Virus record (IMG/VR): IMGVR_UViG_3300032073_002513
DNA length: 64,000 nt
Origin: an uncultured virus (IMG/VR IMGVR_UViG_3300032073_002513)
Taxonomy: Duplodnaviria; Heunggongvirae; Uroviricota; Caudoviricetes
Direction: 5' to 3' (one strand)
Shown: positions 39,951 to 49,462 of the stretch, piece after piece
Layout of the letters: each line of letters begins with the position of its first letter
How positions within the stretch are numbered: the first letter of the stretch is position 1
Program-made: the position numbers and the translations under genes
Notes under the pieces: generated by a model
Told to the model about the DNA's origin: nothing
Seen by the model: only the letters and a program-made list of their open reading frames with translations
Databases searched by the model: none

Positions 39951-40304
39951 ATGGCAGATGACATATTTGACTTTGGTTTTACAGCAGTAGACGAACCTGA
40001 TACACAGGCTTCTGCTCCTGCGCAACCAACTGTAGACTCAGACGCAATCTTAGATAAACTAGCACAACTAGAAGCTAAGGTATTGAACGCAGATAACTCT
40101 GGAATGGTTAATGAACACAGGGCATTAATAGAATCAGATGTATCTAGCAAACTTCGTGATGTAGAGGATCTTGTCCTCCCTTTACTTTACAATTTGCAAA
40201 AAAATCCTGAAAAGGAATATATTCATTGGCCAAATAGAACGGCTATTATTGACAAACAAATTGAAAAGATAAAGGCGGTAACAAGATACTATGAGCGAGT
40301 CTAA
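39951..40304 (+). CDS. Conserved-type phage hypothetical protein
   Basis: FDFGFTAVDE, LPLL.NL.KNPEKEYI.WPNR; CATAAATA and AGGAG upstream. Confidence 0.7.
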   Translation: MADDIFDFGFTAVDEPDTQASAPAQPTVDSDAILDKLAQLEAKVLNADNSGMVNEHRALIESDVSSKLRDVEDLVLPLLYNLQKNPEKEYIHWPNRTAIIDKQIEKIKAVTRYYERV

Positions 40305-40902
40305 CGGATTAAATAAAAACCAATTACAAAACGCATACCAAAGACCAGTAGCTAACATCTATGACTTGTACCTTACAGGTGCAATAGGAGATGCCAAAGA
40401 CTATCAAGATTGGAATCAAATGATGAGATCAGCTACGGAAAATGATGTTGTTTACATACACATTAATTCTAATGGCGGTGAGATATTTACAGCTATACAA
40501 TTAATGAGAACAATGCAGGAGACACAAGCAACAGTCATAGCTTCTGTGGAAGGTATGTGCATGTCAGCAGCCACATTACTATTCCTAACAGCAGATGTAT
40601 GTGAAGTCTCAGAACATAGTCATTTTATGTTCCATACATACAGTTCAGGTAATTGGGGTAAGGGTAGTGAACAATTAGCCAATGTAATGGCAGATGATAA
40701 GTGGGCACGACATTTATTCAATACAGTTTATAAAGGATTTTTAGATCCTAAAGAGATGGAGTCAATGATTGATGGTAAAGATTTATGGATGAATCCTGCA
40801 GAAGTAGGCAAAAGACTAGAAAAAAGAAACAACCTGGCTAAGAAAGCTAGAGGACCAAAAAAGAAACAAAAAGCTTTACTTTCACCTACAAAGGCTTCAT
40901 AA
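40291..40902 (+). CDS. ClpP-like protease
   Basis: INSNGG, CMSAA (Ser), FMFH (His), DLWM. Confidence 0.85.
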   Translation: MSESNGLNKNQLQNAYQRPVANIYDLYLTGAIGDAKDYQDWNQMMRSATENDVVYIHINSNGGEIFTAIQLMRTMQETQATVIASVEGMCMSAATLLFLTADVCEVSEHSHFMFHTYSSGNWGKGSEQLANVMADDKWARHLFNTVYKGFLDPKEMESMIDGKDLWMNPAEVGKRLEKRNNLAKKARGPKKKQKALLSPTKAS

Positions 40903-40903
40903 T
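40875..40903 (+). promoter_or_regulatory. Sigma70-like promoter
   Basis: TTTACT-17-CATAAT upstream of exported protein and TonB receptor. Confidence 0.6.
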
Positions 40904-40925
40904 AATAAGCGTAATAGGAGAAACT

Positions 40926-41369
40926 ATGATGAGAGAATTAAAAATATTTTTTACGGCAATGTTTATATTTGCTTTACTAGCAGCTTGGGCACCAAGAGCT
41001 AACGCAGCAGATACATCAGATGTAATTGGAGCACTTTTATTTGGAGGTTGGTTAGGTAGTGAAATACAAAAAGACAGACGACCTATTGAACCTTATGTAA
41101 CACATTTTCCTCATGGAACAATCATTGTTCCTGGATTCAAACAAAGAACAAACATGCAATGCTTTTTTGAAATAGAAGCAGATGGCATGCCCAAGTATGC
41201 TGTACCTAACTGTTCTACTACTGGTAGCAGTTATTATAACAGACACACTAACACAAAAATCCTGCAACAGGATATGTATCCTTGTGGTAGTTATTGGGGA
41301 TATGGTTGTCAGTACTTAGTTCAAAAGCTAAAAGCTGGAACCATTACAGGGGTATTTAATTTTAATTAA
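40926..41369 (+). CDS. Exported hypothetical protein
   Basis: Signal peptide ending ANA-A, Gly-rich helix, four Cys. Confidence 0.65.
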   Translation: MMRELKIFFTAMFIFALLAAWAPRANAADTSDVIGALLFGGWLGSEIQKDRRPIEPYVTHFPHGTIIVPGFKQRTNMQCFFEIEADGMPKYAVPNCSTTGSSYYNRHTNTKILQQDMYPCGSYWGYGCQYLVQKLKAGTITGVFNFN

Positions 41370-41377
41370 GGAGTAAG

Positions 41378-42925
41378 ATGAAACACTTAAATGTGAAAGC
41401 CCTACTATTAGTAGGACTATTTTTCGTTATGACACCAGTAAAGGCGTCAGATGTAGAAGAAGTGATAGTGATCGGAGCTAATATAGCTCAAGGTTATTCT
41501 CAGCCAGAGTATGATGGCTCTGTAATAGAAGCATTAGATCCCACAAGAGTCTTTCAGCCAGGAGGCGTAGGCGGATTTGTAGGAGCAACAACACATGGAA
41601 CAGATGTAAAACATACAGCTGTATATAGGAACGGAATTCCTGTTAACGACCCTGGCTCAGGGTGGTATGACTTTGGAACAGAAGTGCCTACATTCCAAAC
41701 ATTTAAAACAATCTCAGGACCTAATAGTACTTTGTATGGTAGTTCTTCAATGGCAGGAACAATACTTATGGAAGATACTTTTGATGGCAATAACTTTTTT
41801 ACTAAAGGAGGAGACGGATTATTCTTTGTACAAGGTGGAACAGACTGGTTTCACATATCTAGATACAAAGGTTCCAACGGCTCTGTAAAAACAGATAACA
41901 ACGAAGAAGATTGGTTTGAGAATGTAACACTTAAAACAAAAACAGAACTTGGTAATTGGAAAATAATTAATGTCCTACAGGATTACAAATATGATTATGA
42001 TTCCTGTTACGACAGCAGTTGGTCTAAGATAGATACATGTACACAAGAAGGCACTAAGACAGATATTTCAGTAAGAAATGATTGGCTTACTGCTGGTTAT
42101 AGTATGAATGATGTAACACATAACACAGGCTGGTCTGCTAAAAGTGAACGCTATTTTGTAGATGCTAATAAAGAAGTATTACCTGGTTTAATTCTAGGAG
42201 CACAGAACAATCAAGAAAAATATAATGATAAGTGGGATAATAGAACAGGTGTCTATGCCAACTACAATTTAAATGAATTTGGTTTTGGATATAGATTTGA
42301 GGAAAACGAACACATTTATAGAGTAGGTTATACTACACAAGGATTTAATCTATCCCTGGCAAATAGTTTTAGAAAGCCAAACTTATATGAAAGATATGGT
42401 GACGACTGGACATTTGCTAATCCTAATCTAAAACCTGAGAAAGGAAAAGGTGTTGAAGCATCTTATGGAGATGTTACAGCATGGTACTACGAATTTTCTG
42501 AAGGTATTGATTATAGTTACATGACATCTAGCTATGTGAATGTTGGTTCATACGATAGCAAGGGCATTAAATATAGTAATCATATTCTAACAGACAAAGG
42601 AGCCTTCCATGTGTTCGTACAATACACAGATTCAGACAGAATTAGAGTACCCAAATATAAAACAAAACTATCCTGGTATGGTGGTTCTGTATATGGATTT
42701 GACTACATGTTATCTTATGTAGGACAATTTGAAAAAGGATTAGAGTTTGATGGCAGACCTATTGATGATGTGTCTACATTCAACTTTAATATGGGATATT
42801 ATCTAACACCCAGATACCGCGTAGGACTCCAAATTACTGACATTTTAGACAGAAATTTTGAGATTTTACCCGATTATTCAGCAGGTGGAAGGACAATTTC
42901 CTTGTCCTTAGACCTAAGTCTTTGA
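41378..42925 (+). CDS. TonB-dependent outer-membrane receptor (compact, BtuB-like)
   Basis: Signal peptide, EEVIVIG TonB box, plug NGIPVND...GPNSTLYGSSSMAG, FRKPNLYE, NPNLKPE, C-terminal GRTISLSLDLSL. Confidence 0.88.
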   Translation: MKHLNVKALLLVGLFFVMTPVKASDVEEVIVIGANIAQGYSQPEYDGSVIEALDPTRVFQPGGVGGFVGATTHGTDVKHTAVYRNGIPVNDPGSGWYDFGTEVPTFQTFKTISGPNSTLYGSSSMAGTILMEDTFDGNNFFTKGGDGLFFVQGGTDWFHISRYKGSNGSVKTDNNEEDWFENVTLKTKTELGNWKIINVLQDYKYDYDSCYDSSWSKIDTCTQEGTKTDISVRNDWLTAGYSMNDVTHNTGWSAKSERYFVDANKEVLPGLILGAQNNQEKYNDKWDNRTGVYANYNLNEFGFGYRFEENEHIYRVGYTTQGFNLSLANSFRKPNLYERYGDDWTFANPNLKPEKGKGVEASYGDVTAWYYEFSEGIDYSYMTSSYVNVGSYDSKGIKYSNHILTDKGAFHVFVQYTDSDRIRVPKYKTKLSWYGGSVYGFDYMLSYVGQFEKGLEFDGRPIDDVSTFNFNMGYYLTPRYRVGLQITDILDRNFEILPDYSAGGRTISLSLDLSL

Positions 42926-42966
42926 TCTAACAGGAGAAAAGACTTCAAAAGATTAGCATAAAGTGC

Positions 42967-42995
42967 TTGACTCTTGGTTCTTAAGAGTGCATAAT
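42967..42995 (+). promoter_or_regulatory. Sigma70 promoter with internal palindrome
   Basis: TTGACT-17-CATAAT containing ACTCTT-N7-AAGAGT. Confidence 0.85.
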
Positions 42996-43035
42996 AGTAT
43001 ACATAATAAAGAAACAAGTAAAAAGTGAGGACTTT

Positions 43036-45588
43036 ATGCCAAATCAAATAGAAGTAAAATCAATATTAGCCAAGTTATTAGCTACTGAAGACATCAGTGT
43101 TGAGCATGATGCGAAAGCACCAACAGCAGCATTTGATGTTAAAAACAGAAAGCTATATCTTCCAATGTGGAAGGACATGTCTAATGATATGTACGATCTA
43201 TTTGTTGGACATGAAGTAGGACATGCACACGAAACTCCAGAAGAAGGATGGCATGATACAGTTATTGATAACCCTTCACTTAAAGGCTTTCTTAACATTA
43301 TAGAAGACGCTAGAATTGAGCGTAAAGTAAAAGAAAGATATCCTGGACTTGTTAAGTCATTCCACAAAGGCTACCAAGAATTATTCGACAAAGACTTTTT
43401 TGGTGTTAAGGATAGAGACTTAACCAAACTTCCATTTGTAGATAGAGTAAATCTTCATTTTAAAATTGGACACTTACTTGGTCTTAAATTTACAGAAACA
43501 GAACAGAACTTCCTAGACAGAGTTGCAAAGACTGAAACATGGGAAGATGTAGAGTTACTTGCTAATGAACTAGCAGACATTTCCAAACAAGAAGCTGAGG
43601 ACAGACAAGACGAACTAGAACCACTTCAACAGATGTTAGATGATTTAATGTCAGAAATGAATGATGCTCAAGAACAACAACCTTCATGGGACGACTATCA
43701 ACCAGCTCACCAGAAAGAAGAAGAGTCAGAAGATGGCGAGGGTGAAGGCGAAGGCGAAGGTGAGGAAGACGATACTAAAGATGAATGGGGTAACCCTAAG
43801 CCAGGTACTCCAGGCGGTTCACAAGGCGAAGACGAGACAGAAGAAGAGTACTTAAAAAGAAACGAGAAAGAATGGGAAGCAGAACAACTAAAACGCCAAG
43901 AAGAAAGAGCTCGTAGACAAAAAGAATGGGAAGCAGAACAAAAAGCTGAAGAACTTTTTGCCAAAGACAAACAAGAAAACAAAAAGAAACAAGAAGAGCT
44001 TAAAGAAGCTATTGAAGAAGTTGAAAAGATGCATGGCTTCCTAGACAACGAAGGCCAAAAATCAATTACAGATGAGGAGTTTAGAAGAAACGAATCAGAA
44101 CTTGTTGATGTAGACGCTAAACCAATCCAATACATTAGCCCTCAGAAAATGTTCAAGTCTAAAGACTGGATTGTTTCAATGGACGAACTATATGATTGGG
44201 AAAAATCAATTGAATTATCAGAAGTTACAAAGACTAGCGATGAATATTATGGTTATGACGATAAAGAAGTTCCTAACTCAGAACTTAAAGGCATAGCTTC
44301 TAAGTTATATCAAGAGTTTCTTAAGGACACAGCTCCAGTAATAGCATCCATGGCTCAACAGTTTGAACTTAAAAAAGCAGCAGCTGCTAACAAGAAGGCT
44401 AGAGAAGCTAAGTCAGGTGATCTTAATGAGGACAAGCTTTGGGCTTACAAATTGACTGAGGATTTATTCCAAAAGAATATGATTGTTCCTAACGGTAAGA
44501 ATCATGGTATCATAATGTATGTTGATTTATCAGGTAGCATGCACAGACAAATGGAAGGTACTCTAGAACAGATGATGAATATGGCAATGTTCTGCAGAAA
44601 AGTTAACATTCCATTTGATGTATATGGTTTCTCAAACAATCGTCCATATGATTATGATACTAGAGAGTCTACTAGTCCTTGGAGTGAGAATAGAGACATG
44701 AACAAAAAGGCAATGCAGAATGTAGAAGACGGCGAAATCCTAATGACGGATGAGAATTTTGCACTTGTTCATATGTTAAGCTCAACATGTAAGAAAACAG
44801 ATTTCATCAACGCAATGTCATACTTATTACTTATGAAAATAGGTTATGGTAGAGGTAGATATTACTCAGATGTTTATAATAATGATAACCCTTACCATGG
44901 AAATATCAGTAACGAATACTTTAGACTAGGAGGCACACCTCTTAATTCAGCAGTAATACTAGCAACTGAAGTGGCTAAGACTTTCCAAAAGAAATACAAT
45001 GTAGAATTACTTACTACAATATTCTTAACAGACGGTGGTGCTACAGACGGTGTTACATACAGAAAAGCAGAAAGAGACTCTGAGGACAGAGTAGGAACTG
45101 ATAGTGTATACTCAGATCAGATTGCTATTAAAGACGGTCCAATAGTAACTAGACTTCCACAGAAAGATGGTTACTCCAGAAGAGATAATGTTACTACACA
45201 GACACTCTTAGAACATTACAAAAGAGTTACTGGCTCTACACTAATCAACTTCCACATTGTTGACGGTAAAAGAGATGCCTTCCACTCAGAACATCAAGCA
45301 GATGTTTGGATGGATGAAGGTAAAGAAGCAGATTACTATATGTCCAGCGATTGGATTGAGAATGTATGGAAAGATGTACTTGCCAAGAAGTTTGCAGTTA
45401 CTACTCCTAAATTTGGATACGACGCTAGGTTCCTTCTTAAAGGCAGAGATGATCTTAAGATTGAGAACAAAGAGTTAACTGTTAAGTCTAATAAGAAAGG
45501 AGACTTACTTAGAGGTTTCAGAAACTTCAACAAAGGCAAGAAGACTTCTAGAACATTCCTTAACCAAATCATCGATATGGTAGCTTAG
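43036..45588 (+). CDS. HExxH peptidase-like plus VWA protein (CobT-like partner of the AAA ATPase)
   Basis: HEVGH, NIIEDARIE, acidic linker, DLSGSM, GGTPL, LTDG. Confidence 0.85.
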   Translation: MPNQIEVKSILAKLLATEDISVEHDAKAPTAAFDVKNRKLYLPMWKDMSNDMYDLFVGHEVGHAHETPEEGWHDTVIDNPSLKGFLNIIEDARIERKVKERYPGLVKSFHKGYQELFDKDFFGVKDRDLTKLPFVDRVNLHFKIGHLLGLKFTETEQNFLDRVAKTETWEDVELLANELADISKQEAEDRQDELEPLQQMLDDLMSEMNDAQEQQPSWDDYQPAHQKEEESEDGEGEGEGEGEEDDTKDEWGNPKPGTPGGSQGEDETEEEYLKRNEKEWEAEQLKRQEERARRQKEWEAEQKAEELFAKDKQENKKKQEELKEAIEEVEKMHGFLDNEGQKSITDEEFRRNESELVDVDAKPIQYISPQKMFKSKDWIVSMDELYDWEKSIELSEVTKTSDEYYGYDDKEVPNSELKGIASKLYQEFLKDTAPVIASMAQQFELKKAAAANKKAREAKSGDLNEDKLWAYKLTEDLFQKNMIVPNGKNHGIIMYVDLSGSMHRQMEGTLEQMMNMAMFCRKVNIPFDVYGFSNNRPYDYDTRESTSPWSENRDMNKKAMQNVEDGEILMTDENFALVHMLSSTCKKTDFINAMSYLLLMKIGYGRGRYYSDVYNNDNPYHGNISNEYFRLGGTPLNSAVILATEVAKTFQKKYNVELLTTIFLTDGGATDGVTYRKAERDSEDRVGTDSVYSDQIAIKDGPIVTRLPQKDGYSRRDNVTTQTLLEHYKRVTGSTLINFHIVDGKRDAFHSEHQADVWMDEGKEADYYMSSDWIENVWKDVLAKKFAVTTPKFGYDARFLLKGRDDLKIENKELTVKSNKKGDLLRGFRNFNKGKKTSRTFLNQIIDMVA

Positions 45589-45733
45589 ATGATAGAACTA
45601 CTAGAAAACGGCTCTACTAGCACCCCTCTAAGGGGTGGCCTAGTACCAGGTAATACACTAGGTACCCTGGATTTAGCCCCTGCCATAGCCCCTCTAAGGG
45701 AGAAAAAGATTTCAAAAGAATGTAATAAAATGC

Positions 45734-45762
45734 TTGACTCTTGGTTCGCCAGAGTGCATAAT
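45734..45762 (+). promoter_or_regulatory. Sigma70 promoter with internal palindrome
   Basis: TTGACT-17-CATAAT containing ACTCTT-N7-CAGAGT. Confidence 0.85.
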
Positions 45763-45799
45763 ACATGTATATTAAATAATAAAAGTGAGGACTTATATA

Positions 45800-46987
45800 A
45801 TGAAAGCAATAGATAGAGAAAACTTAATCCAGACCCTACAGTCACAGGACAACGGTACTGGAGTTTTTACCCGTAAACAAATCATCGAAACAGCTAGCTC
45901 AATAGGCTTAGGTTTCCCAGCATGGTTGGTGAACGGCAAGCCAGAAGTCAAAGTTGACAGAGGCGTTTATAATTTAACCAGTATGTTTGGTGGACAGGTT
46001 GCTCAGGCACAGCCCATTGAACAGGCTCAACAAGCACCTTTAGCAGTGGTTGAAACCCAAGCTCCACAGGTGTTGGTACAAGCTAAATTAGCTGTAGAAG
46101 TAGACGATCTTATCCCAGGAAAAGATGCTACTTTTGTACCATTTGGATTTTACAAGGACTTGAAAACAGTTCTTAGCACTAGCATGTTCTACCCAATATT
46201 CATTTCAGGCTTATCAGGTAATGGTAAGACTACAATGGTTGAACAAGTATGTGCAAACCTAAAGCGTGAGGCTATTAGAGTAAATATTAGTATTGAAACT
46301 GATGAGGATGATTTAATCGGTGGCAATACACTAGTTGACGGTAATGTCGTCTATAGAGAAGGGCCCGTCCTCACCGCGATGAAGCGGGGCGCTGTTCTCA
46401 TACTTGATGAAGTGGATAGGGGTTCGAACAAGCTGATGTGCTTACAAGCCATCCTTGAGGGGAAGCCTTACTTCAACAAGAAGACTGGCGAAACCGTAAC
46501 TCCTGCTCCTGGATTTAACTTAGTGGCCACGGCCAATACTAAGGGTCGAGGTTCAGATGATGGCAAATTTATTTCTGCCAACATACTCGACGAGGCATTC
46601 CTTGAAAGGTTTGCAATCACAGTCGAGCAGGAGTACCCTACAATGGCTACCGAGAAGAAGATTATTGTTAAGAAGATGGAAAAGGTCAACAATGTAGACC
46701 AAGACTTCGCGACACACCTTGTTACTTGGAGTGATGTTATTCGTAAAACATATTACGAAGGTGCCATCGACGAACTTATTTCAACTCGTAGGTTGGAGCA
46801 CATTGTTAACGCTTTTGCAGTGTTCAAGGACAAGCAAAAGGCTGTTCAACTTTGTGTTAATAGGTTCGACGAAGACACAAAAGAGGCATTCATTGATTTG
46901 TATGCCAAGGTTGATCCAACTGTTGAATTAGAACAGCAGATGGAAGAAAATGCAGAACAGGAGATACATGAAGATGGCGAAGAATAA
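45800..46987 (+). CDS. MoxR/CobS-like AAA+ ATPase
   Basis: GLSGNGKT, LILDEVD, ATANTKG, EAFLERF, ISTRRL. Confidence 0.92.
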   Translation: MKAIDRENLIQTLQSQDNGTGVFTRKQIIETASSIGLGFPAWLVNGKPEVKVDRGVYNLTSMFGGQVAQAQPIEQAQQAPLAVVETQAPQVLVQAKLAVEVDDLIPGKDATFVPFGFYKDLKTVLSTSMFYPIFISGLSGNGKTTMVEQVCANLKREAIRVNISIETDEDDLIGGNTLVDGNVVYREGPVLTAMKRGAVLILDEVDRGSNKLMCLQAILEGKPYFNKKTGETVTPAPGFNLVATANTKGRGSDDGKFISANILDEAFLERFAITVEQEYPTMATEKKIIVKKMEKVNNVDQDFATHLVTWSDVIRKTYYEGAIDELISTRRLEHIVNAFAVFKDKQKAVQLCVNRFDEDTKEAFIDLYAKVDPTVELEQQMEENAEQEIHEDGEE

Positions 46988-47282
46988 AACGCCAGAGTAT
47001 AAGTTCAACGAAGGAGCTCTCATTAGGGAGCTCCAATCGTATATCGACAAGACATACTCTGGACATTACAGCAGAAACAAATTTCAATCCACAGAATTTA
47101 TTAGTGATTGTGGACATGGAATTGGATTTACAATTGGAAACATTCTGAAATACGCACAACGATATGGTAGAAAAGGCACCACAGAGGACCATAGAAAGGA
47201 TCTTATGAAGGTATTACACTACGGCATTATAGCGCTCTCAGAACACGACAAAAATACCGTAAAGCATTATTTAGACGATTAA
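46974..47282 (+). CDS. DUF3310-like protein
   Basis: TYSGHY, GFTIGNILKYAQRYGRK, DLMKVLHY. Confidence 0.7.
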   Translation: MAKNKTPEYKFNEGALIRELQSYIDKTYSGHYSRNKFQSTEFISDCGHGIGFTIGNILKYAQRYGRKGTTEDHRKDLMKVLHYGIIALSEHDKNTVKHYLDD

Positions 47283-47287
47283 ACTCT

Positions 47288-47295
47288 TATAAATA
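47288..47295 (+). promoter_or_regulatory. T4-type late promoter
   Basis: Intergenic TATAAATA. Confidence 0.75.
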
Positions 47296-47329
47296 AGATA
47301 GTAAGTACAGTTTAACTAAAGGAAAAACA

Positions 47330-47656
47330 ATGGCGTATACAGTAACAATGACATTTACGAGACCAGATGAGTCAACTGAATTGCCTACTTTACAGGCGAT
47401 CAATTCATCTCACAAGACATCTGCTGACACAGTAATGTCAGAGAACGGTGTTGCTAAAACTTATGATATAGATGGACTAGTAACAAGAGTCATCTATACT
47501 GCAGAAGATAAAGCTACATACGATAGTGCTAAGGCACTTGCTGATGATTTATCAGATGAATCAACAGTTAGAACAACATATAAATCGCAATGTGAAGCAG
47601 CTAATATTACTTGTTCAGTGGTAGATTCAGACGGTACTACAATCACAAGTTTCTAA
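47330..47656 (+). CDS. Hypothetical protein (late)
   Basis: Thr/Asp-rich 108 aa ORF after late promoter. Confidence 0.65.
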   Translation: MAYTVTMTFTRPDESTELPTLQAINSSHKTSADTVMSENGVAKTYDIDGLVTRVIYTAEDKATYDSAKALADDLSDESTVRTTYKSQCEAANITCSVVDSDGTTITSF

Positions 47657-47675
47657 AACAACAGAGGTTTATATT

Positions 47676-48437
47676 ATGAATTTTGGTGAAAGAATAAATT
47701 ACGAGCTTGACAATCATGTCGCCGTTTTAACAGTAAACGGAGTAGGTCCTCTCAATATAATCGACATACCGTTTTACAACGGATACAACGATGCTCTAGT
47801 AGAATTTAGAGAAGATGATTCTAGAGTTTTACTTATCAAGTCAGGCAATCCAGATCACTTTACAGCAGGTTTTGAAGTAGACACAATCATTGAAGGCATG
47901 AAGTCAGGCGCTGCTGGTAATACAATTACAGACAATGATATGGTTACACCTAAACCTATTATATCAGCAATCAAAGGTTTTTGTATTGGAGAAGGTGTAG
48001 GTTTGATGTTGGCAAGTGATTTTGTATTTGCAGATTCTAATCTAAAAATTGCCTGTCCAGAAACAAAACTAGGATTTAATGCTGTTACAATGCAGGTTAA
48101 ATTCACTCAAAGAATTGGACACAATAGAACAATGGAATTTATGATGGGAGACATGCACGATGTTCATTGGTTAGATAGAGTAGGATTATGTACAAAGATA
48201 TGTGATGGAGATGCTGAAGAACAAGCACTAGCATATGCACATAAAATTGCCAATAACAATGCACCTATTGCAGTCAGAGGAACAAAAGGTGCCATATGGC
48301 ATACAGTAAACTCTCATAAGGACGAAGCCATAGACTTTGCTTTGTGGGCTAAGGACATGACATTAGACTCTAAAGATATACAAGAAGGTGTGGCAGCTTT
48401 CCTAGAAAAAAGAGCACCTGAATTTAAAAATGAATAA
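47676..48437 (+). CDS. Enoyl-CoA hydratase/isomerase (crotonase) family
   Basis: FTAGFE, KPIISAIKGFCIGEG, PETKLG, EGVAAFLEKRAPEF. Confidence 0.92.
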   Translation: MNFGERINYELDNHVAVLTVNGVGPLNIIDIPFYNGYNDALVEFREDDSRVLLIKSGNPDHFTAGFEVDTIIEGMKSGAAGNTITDNDMVTPKPIISAIKGFCIGEGVGLMLASDFVFADSNLKIACPETKLGFNAVTMQVKFTQRIGHNRTMEFMMGDMHDVHWLDRVGLCTKICDGDAEEQALAYAHKIANNNAPIAVRGTKGAIWHTVNSHKDEAIDFALWAKDMTLDSKDIQEGVAAFLEKRAPEFKNE

Positions 48438-49386
48438 AGAGGATCAACCTTTAAGACAAACAAGACTAGGAGAGCATGGTTGTTTATCCTTTGCAGCTAG
48501 TCCTGGTTTAAAATATAAATGGTTATTACATGAGTCCCCAAGTTGGTTTGCCAGAGCTAAGAAAGTTCAAGGACCTGATTGGTATTGGAGTGGAGATGTA
48601 GAGCCAGTAGAATATGTATTTGATTCTTTAGGTTTTAGAAACAATAAAACAATACAAGAAATTAGCAACAATAAAAAATGGTGGTTAGTTGATGGTTCCT
48701 GTCTTGGACTGGCTCCTGGAGTTCATACAAAAGATATGATGTCTAATGCTATAACTGAATACACAGACATTCCTACCTATAATATGAGTATATATGGAGG
48801 AAGACCTGAGTTTATTGTTAATAATATATTAGAACTGTCTAAAAGATGGCAGAACCCACCTAGTAAAATTATATTATACCTGGCAGAAAATCCTACAGGA
48901 ACATACAAATTAAAAAATTCTAATCAAATTATAAATTTGGATTATGCTGGTTCTATGTTAAAGGGTGGCAAGGCTTTTGACTTTTTTAAATCCTATGAGG
49001 AAGAAAGTATTTCAGTAGGTCAACATAGGTTGGCATATAAAACGATAATAGATTTGTGTATGAGTTTAAATATACCTTTAACTTGGCTCTACGCAGGATA
49101 TGAATCCGATCTATCTATTCCTAATTTTGATATTTTTCAAGATCAGGATATTTTAGAGTGGTTCGGTTTTGCATCAACAGGATTTTTTGAAAAGGATGAT
49201 TCTTTTGAAGTGAAACAAAACAAAGTTAAGGATATGATTATAAAACCTTTTATTGAATGCAAACAACCTTCAGATAAAACATTAGATGAAGTGGGGCGAG
49301 ACTTATATCACCCTAGTGCAGCACAACAAAGGTTGTGGGCACAGAAAATTACACAACATTTTCTGGAAACAAAAAGAAACTTTTAA
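48430..49386 (+). CDS. Hypothetical protein, possibly SGNH-like
   Basis: YVFDSLGFR, DGSC, YNMSIYG, RDLYHPS. Confidence 0.5.
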   Translation: MNKEDQPLRQTRLGEHGCLSFAASPGLKYKWLLHESPSWFARAKKVQGPDWYWSGDVEPVEYVFDSLGFRNNKTIQEISNNKKWWLVDGSCLGLAPGVHTKDMMSNAITEYTDIPTYNMSIYGGRPEFIVNNILELSKRWQNPPSKIILYLAENPTGTYKLKNSNQIINLDYAGSMLKGGKAFDFFKSYEEESISVGQHRLAYKTIIDLCMSLNIPLTWLYAGYESDLSIPNFDIFQDQDILEWFGFASTGFFEKDDSFEVKQNKVKDMIIKPFIECKQPSDKTLDEVGRDLYHPSAAQQRLWAQKITQHFLETKRNF

Positions 49387-49402
49387 ATGGTCCTATAGAC
49401 CA

Positions 49403-49431
49403 TTGACTTTTAGTATGTAAGAGCCTATAAT
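49403..49431 (+). promoter_or_regulatory. Sigma70 promoter with degenerate palindrome (gp45)
   Basis: TTGACT-17-TATAAT containing ACTTTT-N7-AAGAGC. Confidence 0.8.
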
Positions 49432-49462
49432 ACGGTTATAGGTTTAAAAATTGGAGTATATT

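Noticed and set aside
45589..45845. ORFs 45589..45816 (+) and 45585..45845 (-)
   Set aside because: They span hairpins and a clear promoter and show no protein motifs; treated as non-coding.
41378..46987. Cobalamin pathway (BtuB-like plus CobT/CobS-like)
   Set aside because: No CobN or other cob genes; the AAA/VWA pair is common in T4-like phages, carries an HExxH domain and has its own promoters.
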